Source: a virus (lineage: Duplodnaviria; Heunggongvirae; Uroviricota; Caudoviricetes; Schitoviridae). From it: a DNA stretch of 37,240 nt. Positions 11,201 to 16,731 of the stretch are shown here, piece after piece. The position numbers were made by a program, and so were the translations under genes. The DNA lies in IMG/VR virus record IMGVR_UViG_2595698411_000001, positions 1 to 37,240 of that record; one strand, given 5' to 3'. Position 1 is the stretch's first letter; each line of letters opens with the position of its first letter. The notes under the pieces are model-generated. The model made no database searches. It worked only from the letters and a program-made list of their open reading frames with translations, and was not told the origin of the DNA.

Positions 11201-11901
11201 AGCATGCCCGTACCGTTAGGGTTATTATAGTCAGTAACTCCTACAAAAGTTTGTAAGCCGCTGAGAGCATCTGAGTTACCCGCAACACGTTTGTCTTGGT
11301 CTTCTAAGCGACTAGATAACGCTTCAATACTTGATGCATTAGCTTGGTCTGCAGATGTATACGCTAGCTGTATAGTAGTAATACGGCTGTTAATCTCGTC
11401 GTTAAACTCTGCCTGTAAGTCGCTAATGCGCTGTGTCAAAGAGTATTCTGATGTAGCTGCTACTTGATCTAGGTCTACAATAGTTGCGTACTTGTCATCG
11501 TAAGTAGCGTTTAGGGTCTCTAGTTTAGATCCGAGAATACCGTCTACAAGACTGGAGAAGTTTATTGACTTAACGTATGTGTTTTTTGCTACGTCAAGCG
11601 CATCAATACCGTCCCGTACGTTTTGGATGAGCGTGTTGTAATCTAGCAGCCCTTTAGCTACCGCTTGGTCGACAACACTGTCAATCAGATCGATCATCCA
11701 TTGAGGCGCTTCTTCGCTGTTAATCCCAGCATAAAGGCCGTCACCTACAATAGAATATTCTTTTTTGCTTCCTGTAACAGACCCACTACGAGGCTCAATG
11801 TATACTCTGCTAGAGCCTTCTACAGACAGGTCGTTAGCGCTTTTTTCTATATCTGTATTAGTAGTGGTTACATCTACGTTAGGGGTAGTTTTAATCGACA
11901 T
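5296..11901 (-). CDS. Large modular tail fibre / host-specificity protein (TipJ/DUF1983-like segments, CBM5/12-like, two jelly-roll CBM-like modules, ILEI-like domain, collagen-like linkers)
   Basis: 2,201 aa. GEYYKSGFGL...SEFWVNAKRFVL is DUF1983-like. PYNSNTTYVRGDIVTF...PQWQLL is CBM5/12-like. There is a ~330-aa tandem duplication. SRGHRLIVLDPDNG...YDTY...GKIVILVSEDA...AHAFIGTKG is ILEI-like. G-X-Y linkers such as GKDGKPGDDGKAGKRG separate modules. Confidence 0.8.
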   Translation of the reverse strand: MSIKTTPNVDVTTTNTDIEKSANDLSVEGSSRVYIEPRSGSVTGSKKEYSIVGDGLYAGINSEEAPQWMIDLIDSVVDQAVAKGLLDYNTLIQNVRDGIDALDVAKNTYVKSINFSSLVDGILGSKLETLNATYDDKYATIVDLDQVAATSEYSLTQRISDLQAEFNDEINSRITTIQLAYTSADQANASSIEALSSRLEDQDKRVAGNSDALSGLQTFVGVTDYNNPNGTGMLSRIDVLERQNDGVILYTTGTYDVMINVEDDQNPDDDKIDATKEPYASWIAVDNANGNENERAAHIGDVYIQYDPESGNYVKSYKFIRTAPDQTAPFSTDPQGYTWSLITDTDVQSTYVAALKASDLADQKRRVFVAQPYAPYDVGDLWVDNSSIPQVVKVSTVNRTNIFNEADWVLADETAKEFIENTYEPEAARVRNQIDGKIEYYFYESYSDIPGASNEEEALASIKSGWNTQEKRDDAHGNIVYFKDSRKAYWYQATIHDWVVVTDTSIYQALQDAAAAKGAADGKVSQFYAWGGPNSPANYVLNPEAPVTEQEVISASKFLYWFKPDDKKLYYKPVNSWVLVPVGSSETGNSYIAEGDLVTVFDPATGDTTTYSFNGATWDVTGPEGIISKSRFFVDLATDVRGPTGLVAQGFSNLEATSEAYADSVGAYVENRFAYDSAIMINGEYYKSGFGLTATGDTAGDGASEDTAFDSEFWVNAKRFVLKNPDYPSIEARFTVTESGIQLGVENTEATRNEPKGPYNSNTTYVRGDIVTFNRSSYLAVMTVKGVTPDDSKPQWQLLAEKGSTPLLFDYEGNDSWPDNTNEAAAKTYDFTSSFAGNALIRVFAYDAEGTANGGVRMKFNDGAELPFYRTRADSTEEWYEFSVNNLVTGENTLKFWATSADGGKIRKIEVAFVGAEGLAGGFTDFLFTRSTGTPQNPGGNITWYTDVTDVPDGAGDLWSIKKEVNAGGSKTTYTDKRIIEAPIIRELVLYSKPTTGSRAAPTGSKYNFKTDTLAVNDNNWSRSVPGLTTNNHKIYVSTALVTGNATQTNVSVNWSTPTIYAQRQDGVSADVYKYVYKDSLTKPSKPTGNSPTGWVTEIPALINNTLYQSIGKQTNGTGNFVWQNPTQITARDGLSALLFEWQGSQSWPVNTTIDNAYEWKFNSAFAGNVFIRINANDAEGGVRIGFNGEEITAISGPDNATRYYEVSSDTLKVGENTISVWASTGDGGSVKDIKVAFVGARGRQGVTGAYTDFLFTRSVSEPKAPDQSGAPTWYTSASASGLKGAGNLWTIKKIVSAGGETTTYEGKRQLEADLVREIVLYSIATSGTVNAPTTHFKYNFATDSLVGSHGHWSTSFPSSLPNGKKVYRTTALATGNITQTNVSLSGKWSTPSVYAYRKDGVNVTVTDNNNGTYTVTGANGSIVVKDGKSPGAPTITNNNDGTFTIRNDEGDTAIISAGRQITAQGSHYNNPSSNSYISITGYDKFNVNSRGHRLIVLDPDNGNIDYNQQYDTYGSGVVSLSNRINGLANGKIVILVSEDACRCSSILREALRGCGSPLDAVWGPERIAHAFIGTKGGPDKSAYEVVTAVVSEYAYTTATYTDNGVLPKGYTPVKGIDYFDGANGTYVSFVYRVSSSAPGKPSGGSFNGTNESVPSGWTDRPTAGINDTEYVSTTRYTATTDSNGNVTWSNNGWSTPALFYRKGESGSSADVYREVFLYRNATSTPGGKPSNTQGFNASTGGASNYSSWTTSPSTPTSKNKTYRINITLKQTNGSGNWKAVDSNWNGPLPFTGVDGENGNPGKDADSYKEIFLYANGASAPSLPGVSGSFYASSGNARDNDGWYATASNPGSNEYTYRTSLTLIQKESKGNWTNSDSSWNTAVRMTGDAGKDGKPGDDGKAGKRGAGIYYVGTSDGVWSDAIANGAVPDDTPVPGDIVNIFKISDPTVGETKKYNGSSWVGYALVINGNLLAKGSIDGEAIQANTRIVSPRIDLIGNNFMKIELASGFGPDNLWYWYGPKILNSSGVPILSSLKKSNAIEWKDTSGNSYFGGTLSAGTLTNAGRTTLLTKNPSVTVGPFTTNGNKKVIAYSYSYSSSGIQAIDPGASAKVSCTIKLQRQIGSGSWQTLQTKTLEEGIERNRVSRGYYVREDLNGSWTYTDNSSSTSDFTYRVVVSNAVRHTENPINSYHKTQVVSFNSSEE

Positions 11902-12262
11902 AGACTTCTGGTACCTTCGCTATGAAATTTCCGTTATTTACAGTGTTACACTCTATCACTAAACGGTAATTTGGGCGAGAGTAGTAACGGTCTGCTTTAG
12001 AGCCTTTGTCCATTTCTAGCGCAGCAGTCTCTTCTGCTGTGATAAGCAACTCTATCCTTCCGCTAAGTGCATCACTTACAGTCAGTACCTTGTTTTCGAT
12101 AACTGCTGCAGGCTTACTGGGATCTAGTGGATAAAGGGATGCGATAAACGTGTCTGTGCCGTCAATAGTCATAGGCAGTGTAGAACCGTCAGCTTTAATG
12201 GTGAAATTAAAGTAGTTGTCGGTACCTTTAGTTATTGTAAATTTGTTAGTAGAGCAGGCCAT
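11891..12262 (-). CDS. Small beta-rich fibre-attachment protein (BppU N-terminal-like)
   Basis: 123 aa. FTITKGTDNYFNFTIK...DALSGRIELLITAEETAAL resembles BppU-N type Ig-like domains. Overlaps the start of the 2,201-aa fibre. Confidence 0.5.
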   Translation of the reverse strand: MACSTNKFTITKGTDNYFNFTIKADGSTLPMTIDGTDTFIASLYPLDPSKPAAVIENKVLTVSDALSGRIELLITAEETAALEMDKGSKADRYYSRPNYRLVIECNTVNNGNFIAKVPEVYVD

Positions 12263-12284
12263 GTTTTATCCTTATGCTTATCAC

Positions 12285-12305
12285 AAAAAAGGGCCCGTAG
12301 GCCCT
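12285..12305 (-). terminator. Intrinsic terminator
   Basis: Minus strand AGGGCC-TACG-GGCCCT-TTTTT after the 173-aa gene. Confidence 0.85.
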
Positions 12306-12321
12306 AATTCTTCATCGTAGT

Positions 12322-12843
12322 TTACACGGTTTCTTCGTTGATGGTGTATCGCGGTCGCATTCGTACGCTCGATAGGCCAGTTTTTTGGTCTCGGACGTGT
12401 AGCGGAATCTTAATTTCGCGCAGTGTGTTTAAATGACCAACAGAAACCTCGATCTTTTCATTAAGAGGCAGAATACGAGTACCTAGGTCAAAGAACTCAT
12501 TCGCGCAGCTTACAGAGCAGGTAGTCGTCTGGTTGTTAACGCGCTGGTCATTGTCGATGATGCTAACAATCTTAGTTTCACGAGCGGCTTTTTCTCGTGC
12601 TACGCGCTTGGCGTCTTTTGCGCTTAGTTTGCCGTCTGTTTTAGGAGCGGCAGGTTTATCTTTCGCTTTAGCGGCTTCTTCCGCTTCTTTTTGCTTAACA
12701 GCTTCTTGAATAGAATCTTGGCCAGTTTCTTGAGCCGCGTAGTGCTCTTCAATTTTTTCTTGAAGCTTGTTAGCGCCGATGGTTTTGTGGTACTGGATAC
12801 CTAAGTCATCAGCTTCTTTCTTAAGTTCGTTAAGATCAGACAT
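12322..12843 (-). CDS. N4 gp55-like protein
   Basis: 173 aa. LNELKKEADDLGIQYHKTIGANKLQEKI matches the recalled gp55 N-terminal motif. Immediately downstream of the MCP. Confidence 0.65.
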   Translation of the reverse strand: MSDLNELKKEADDLGIQYHKTIGANKLQEKIEEHYAAQETGQDSIQEAVKQKEAEEAAKAKDKPAAPKTDGKLSAKDAKRVAREKAARETKIVSIIDNDQRVNNQTTTCSVSCANEFFDLGTRILPLNEKIEVSVGHLNTLREIKIPLHVRDQKTGLSSVRMRPRYTINEETV

Positions 12844-12896
12844 AATTCTAAGTCCTTCGAGGTTATTTAGATTAGTTAAAATTACTAGGAATTATC

Positions 12897-12925
12897 ATTA
12901 TATGGAACACCCCCAGTAATGTAAA
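12897..12925 (-). promoter_or_regulatory. sigma70-like promoter
   Basis: Minus strand TTTACA-N17-TATAAT, just after the MCP terminator. Confidence 0.75.
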
Positions 12926-12933
12926 GGTAGAAC

Positions 12934-12960
12934 AAAAAACCCCTCATAAGAGGGGCTTTT
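12934..12960 (-). terminator. Intrinsic terminator after the major capsid gene
   Basis: Minus strand AAAAGCCCCTC-TTAT-GAGGGGTTTTTT. Confidence 0.85.
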
Positions 12961-12979
12961 CAGTTACTAGACCGCTAGA

Positions 12980-13240
12980 TTATGCTGATGCAGAAACTAG
13001 GATCTTAAGTAGTTTCTCTTCTTCCAGGATGATACCTGCGTAGAAGAAGTTGTACGAGAAGAACCCGTTAGTGCCGTAAGGGTTAGCGTTCTCAACCACT
13101 TCCGGAGACTTAGAGTTAAACTTGATCTTGCCTTGACCTTTAAGACCAACAGTAGCGAAAGCGCCTTGAGTTGGGAAAAGGATTGGGAAAGCATCAAACT
13201 TACCGTTAGTCACTGACAGGTTACCAGTATAGCCAGTAGG
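12980..13240 (-). CDS. C-terminal fragment of the N4 gp56-family major capsid protein (in the -1 frame)
   Basis: Frame is open from 13240: PTGYTGNLSVTNGKFDAFPILFPTQGAFATVGLKG...NPYGTNGFFSYNFFYAGIILEEEKLLKI. This parallels the recalled N4 MCP end (YDVYPMLVVG...DPYGETGFSSIKWYYGILV). Confidence 0.85.
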   Translation of the reverse strand, partial: PTGYTGNLSVTNGKFDAFPILFPTQGAFATVGLKGQGKIKFNSKSPEVVENANPYGTNGFFSYNFFYAGIILEEEKLLKILVSASA

Positions 13241-14124
13241 TCAGCACCTTGACCTGCATAAACAACAGCAGACTCAGACTCGATGAAGCGAACTTCGTGC
13301 ATTGCACCTACTTCACCTTCAGCCAGCGTAGCCGCAGAGCCGTACTTGTGAGCTGGGATATACACAAACTCAGTTGTACCGTTATCAGCAACTGTACCAC
13401 GAGTAAGGGTCTCTAGGTCGCCTTTCACGTTGGCGCCGATAACTGCGTAGTACGACTTCGCAACTGTACGGGTGTCAACCTTAACGTCACCAGTAACCAT
13501 CTGAGTGTTTTTCTGAGCGCGGTTACGCACTAGTTTACGAACACCCTTACGGATAAGGTCATAAGATACAGTTGAGTCTGCATCAACTTCGCCGATAGCT
13601 GTCGCTGAACCGCCGTACATTACTGTAGGAGTTGCTAGCATATCTAGCTGCATAAGGTCTTCCATACGTGAGTTAGCTAGTTCACCTAGTTCTTCACGGT
13701 AGCGCACCTGGATCGCGTCTTCAGAAAACAGCTCAACTTCATCAGTGTAGTCGATCATTTCGCCGTAACGGGCTAGTGATGTTTCCATTGTGATCTTTTT
13801 CAACGAACGCTTGTTAACCGCACCTGCGCCTTCAGCTAGTGAAGCGTCATTTAGTGCTGTGTTGACTTGGTCGATATCACGCGCTGACAAAAAGCCTTTT
13901 GCTGAGAACTCTGCGTCATTCAATGCACGGTCGTACATGTGAAGGAATTTAGAGATCTTGAACGTCTTACCCATTTTCTTAGGCATAGACTTACGATCCG
14001 CAAACTGACCATACACGTTAGTACGGTTAGCGGCTTTAACACCAGCGCGGTCATAAAAGTGTACAATAGTATTAGCACCTGCAGTGCTGTTAGTACCGTT
14101 ACCGTATACGTTAGTAGTTGGCAT
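13210..14124 (-). CDS. Major capsid protein, N4 gp56 family, N-terminal 295 aa (frameshifted near 13240)
   Basis: MPKKMGKTFKISKF, LAEGAGAVNK, GEVGAMHEVRFIE and VYAGQGA match N4-type MCP motifs. RBS GAGG present. The last 9 residues (LLAILVTCQ) look out of frame. Confidence 0.9.
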   Translation of the reverse strand: MPTTNVYGNGTNSTAGANTIVHFYDRAGVKAANRTNVYGQFADRKSMPKKMGKTFKISKFLHMYDRALNDAEFSAKGFLSARDIDQVNTALNDASLAEGAGAVNKRSLKKITMETSLARYGEMIDYTDEVELFSEDAIQVRYREELGELANSRMEDLMQLDMLATPTVMYGGSATAIGEVDADSTVSYDLIRKGVRKLVRNRAQKNTQMVTGDVKVDTRTVAKSYYAVIGANVKGDLETLTRGTVADNGTTEFVYIPAHKYGSAATLAEGEVGAMHEVRFIESESAVVYAGQGADLLAILVTCQ

Positions 14125-14148
14125 TATAGTTTCCTCGATTTAAGCTAA

Positions 14149-14166
14149 GAGGGGTTTTATCCCCTC
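14149..14166 (-). promoter_or_regulatory. Hairpin in the MCP 5' leader (mRNA stabiliser/processing candidate)
   Basis: Minus strand GAGGGG-ATAAAA-CCCCTC with no U-tract, 25 nt before the MCP ATG. Confidence 0.5.
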
Positions 14167-14177
14167 AACAAAGATAA

Positions 14178-15422
14178 TTACATTTCTTCCTGCACTCGTT
14201 TATACCAGTCGTCAAATGCTTCATCTGACGCATCTAGATAATCGACTACAGAATTGCTTGCCGCACCTCTCGGTGGGGCAGCAGCCTTGCGCTTAGTAGA
14301 GGCCTTTTTCGCAGCATCGCGTTTCTGAGATTTAGCTTTTACTTCAGCTAAACGCTCACGCTCTTTCTTTTGAGCGGCTTGTTCAGCTTTTCTAGCTTCA
14401 GCTTTTTCAGCTTGGCGTTGCGATAAAGACTCTTGCTCAGCGGTTTTGGCAAAGTGCTGTTGAGCAGCTTCCTTATAGTAATCTAAGTCTGACTTTCTAC
14501 CATTATCATAGACTTTAAGCTTTTCAGCGACAGGCTGCAGTTGTGCATACATACCGCTCTTAACGTCTTCGTGCAGTAGACGAATCATATCGGGATTTTC
14601 AGTGATGGTACCCCATGACTTTTCATCCCATTCCTTAGACAAGATGTTATGCGTCGTCTTGTACTCTGGGTCGCTGCCGATATCATTTACGATATCTTTA
14701 ATTGCCAGTGCACTTTCGTCACGACCATAATCTTTGGCCACGTATTCGCCAGCTTCTTCGGTATCTAACTCGTGGGCTTCTAAGCCTGTACGTTTTAGTA
14801 CTTCAGTCATGGCGCCTTTGTCGCCCTTCAGCACATCGATCATCAGACTGACGTCTTCGTGTGTAAGCTCTGCACTCTCAACAGCATCGATGGTCTTACG
14901 CCAAGGTTTGATGGCTTGCATCTTTTTGGTGTAATCCATAGCTTGACCAAAGATTTTAGGGAATTGATCTACGATCTCTTCACTAGAAAACTCATAGTCT
15001 TTGCCGTTAGCACGGAACTTGTACATCTGTGCCGGTTGCTCTGCATCATCATCTTCGTCAGCGTCATCGGAACTTGTTTCGTCAGCTTCGTCTGCTTCCT
15101 CGTCAGGATCAGCGTCCTCAGCGTCTGAATCGTCTTCTTCATCAGCGTCACTTGTTTCTGATTCATTGCTAGTTTCGTCATCGGAGCCTTCATCAGGTTC
15201 TTCCGAATCATCTTCAAATTCTTCTGTTTCTACGTCATCAGAACTAGGGTCGTCATCCATGGTAACCTCTTCATCATACTCTTCAGTATCAGTGGAATCA
15301 GCTACTACTTCTTCTTGCTCTTGTTCTAAATCGGTATCAGGCGAGTTCTGATCAGCTTGCGCTTCTTTAAACGCAGCTTCAAGAGCCTCGTCTGACATAT
15401 CCCATAAATCATCTTCGTTCAT
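14178..15422 (-). CDS. N4 gp57-like protein (scaffold-like), very acidic N-terminus
   Basis: 414 aa. About 130-aa D/E-rich region, then YKFRANGK...AMDYTKKMQAIKPWRK, and a K/A-rich tail. Lies directly upstream of the MCP. Confidence 0.7.
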   Translation of the reverse strand: MNEDDLWDMSDEALEAAFKEAQADQNSPDTDLEQEQEEVVADSTDTEEYDEEVTMDDDPSSDDVETEEFEDDSEEPDEGSDDETSNESETSDADEEDDSDAEDADPDEEADEADETSSDDADEDDDAEQPAQMYKFRANGKDYEFSSEEIVDQFPKIFGQAMDYTKKMQAIKPWRKTIDAVESAELTHEDVSLMIDVLKGDKGAMTEVLKRTGLEAHELDTEEAGEYVAKDYGRDESALAIKDIVNDIGSDPEYKTTHNILSKEWDEKSWGTITENPDMIRLLHEDVKSGMYAQLQPVAEKLKVYDNGRKSDLDYYKEAAQQHFAKTAEQESLSQRQAEKAEARKAEQAAQKKERERLAEVKAKSQKRDAAKKASTKRKAAAPPRGAASNSVVDYLDASDEAFDDWYKRVQEEM

Positions 15423-15433
15423 GGTGCGACTCC

Positions 15434-15727
15434 TTATTCTTCGTCTTCATCAGGAGCCTGCGAACCTAGATTCTCTACCGTAATAAAGAAATCTTGTAGT
15501 TTTGACACCGCGATCAAATCTTCCATTACTGCACTACGCTTACCATTTTGAACGATATGGTCTTGTGCTAGTAGACTAACGCCGTTAACAGCTTTGTCTT
15601 GGAAGTAACCTTTTAAGATCAGTGCCTGGAAGTGCTTGTTCTTTTTAAGCTCTTCTAGGTGATGGAACATTTCTGTCCAGTAGCGGTTTTCAACTTCTAA
15701 AATTTCTTGTTGTTCAGGGGTGCTCAT
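15434..15727 (-). CDS. N4 gp58-like protein
   Basis: 97 aa. LEELKKNKHFQALILKGYFQDKAV matches the recalled gp58 motif (L..L..N.DF..VI..GYF...A). Synteny between portal and gp57-like gene. Confidence 0.65.
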   Translation of the reverse strand: MSTPEQQEILEVENRYWTEMFHHLEELKKNKHFQALILKGYFQDKAVNGVSLLAQDHIVQNGKRSAVMEDLIAVSKLQDFFITVENLGSQAPDEDEE

Positions 15728-15794
15728 AAAATGAATCCTTGGTACGGTTATAAAAAAGTAATAAACAATAACTTTTAGTTATTGACCTGTGGGG

Positions 15795-15824
15795 AGTATA
15801 CAACAAGATTCTTACTTGCTGCAA
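15795..15824 (-). promoter_or_regulatory. sigma70-like promoter for the gp58-gp57-MCP genes
   Basis: Minus strand TTGCAG-N18-TATACT, followed by a short AATAACT-AAA-AGTTATT inverted repeat. Confidence 0.55.
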
Positions 15825-15979
15825 CCCCCCTTGCATGCTCGTTTCTTAGCGGATTTGCTGCTACAGCTGCATGCTTTTTTCTTTTTGGTGTTTTTACGTT
15901 TACCGGCGTAATAATGCTTAGTGTTTTGATCAGTGCCAGTGCCGTAAGTATTAGTTACAAACGCGGATACTTGTTCCAT
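15812..15979 (-). CDS. Unannotated 55-aa Lys-rich, Cys-containing peptide
   Basis: Hand translation: MEQVSAFVTNTYGTGTDQNTKHYYAGKRKNTKKKKACSCSSKSAKKRACKGGCSK*. ATG is 7 nt after the previous stop, with GGGGT upstream. It fills an otherwise empty gap and is below the ORF-track length cutoff. Confidence 0.55.
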   Translation of the reverse strand: MEQVSAFVTNTYGTGTDQNTKHYYAGKRKNTKKKKACSCSSKSAKKRACKGGCSK

Positions 15980-15985
15980 AAAAAC

Positions 15986-16261
15986 TTACCCCATAAGGCT
16001 TTGCGCCAATCCTTGCGGTTTACTCGCTTCTGAAGGCCGTTCTTCAGCTGCCATCTGTTGCTCGATAATTTCGATAGCTTGCATAATAACCTCTGGTGGA
16101 ACGCCTTTTTGGGCTAGTTCCTCAGGGTCTGCGCCTTGCATCAGCAAAGACACTACCTTTTCTAAAAGAGCTGCTTGTTCACTGCCGCCGCCGGCAGGTG
16201 TTGCTTGTGCCGGAGCAGGTGGTGTTCCGCCTGCCATACTCTGTGCTAAACCTTGTTGCAT
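15986..16261 (-). CDS. Hypothetical Q/A/P-rich protein of the head module
   Basis: 91 aa. TAATG overlap with the upstream gene. QGLAQS occurs at both termini. Confidence 0.7.
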   Translation of the reverse strand: MQQGLAQSMAGGTPPAPAQATPAGGGSEQAALLEKVVSLLMQGADPEELAQKGVPPEVIMQAIEIIEQQMAAEERPSEASKPQGLAQSLMG

Positions 16262-16731
16262 TACTTGTACCCCTGCGCGGTTCTGGCAGCTTCTTGTGCT
16301 GCACGGTTATCTAGTTCTTCCATCAATCGTCTTTCAGACTCAGCGACTCTGCGGACCTCTGGATTAGGTTCTACTTCTTCAAGCTCTCGGCCGAACATAC
16401 TGGAAAGACCTTCAGCCTTATCAGAAATATACCCACCAAAACGGTCAGCAGCGCTTTTTAAGCGGCCTGTAACAGCGTCATATAAACTAGGTGCTTCTGG
16501 TTCTCTGCCTTCGCGCGCTGCTACCGCATACGGTGTCATTGAACGAACTACGCCGTTACGACGCGCTTCTTCGTCTGCCGCGGCCTGGATCTGGCGAAGA
16601 AGAGCATTACGCCCTTCCTCCGCACCAATGTCTTTAGCTTCTTGTTTAGCCATGTCGGCTTTAAGTCTGCGCAGTTCTTCAGCGTCGCGTCTATCCGCCT
16701 CAGCCTGCTGACTTCTAGCTAGGTAGCTCAT
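16261..16731 (-). CDS. Hypothetical helical A/E/R-rich protein of the head module
   Basis: 156 aa. TAATG overlap with the portal stop. Confidence 0.7.
   Translation of the reverse strand: MSYLARSQQAEADRRDAEELRRLKADMAKQEAKDIGAEEGRNALLRQIQAAADEEARRNGVVRSMTPYAVAAREGREPEAPSLYDAVTGRLKSAADRFGGYISDKAEGLSSMFGRELEEVEPNPEVRRVAESERRLMEELDNRAAQEAARTAQGYK

Noticed and set aside
13210-13245. Canonical programmed -1 ribosomal frameshift in the MCP
   Set aside because: There is no X-XXY-YYZ slippery heptamer in the only window where both frames are open. Known capsid frameshifts add optional extensions rather than restoring an essential core.
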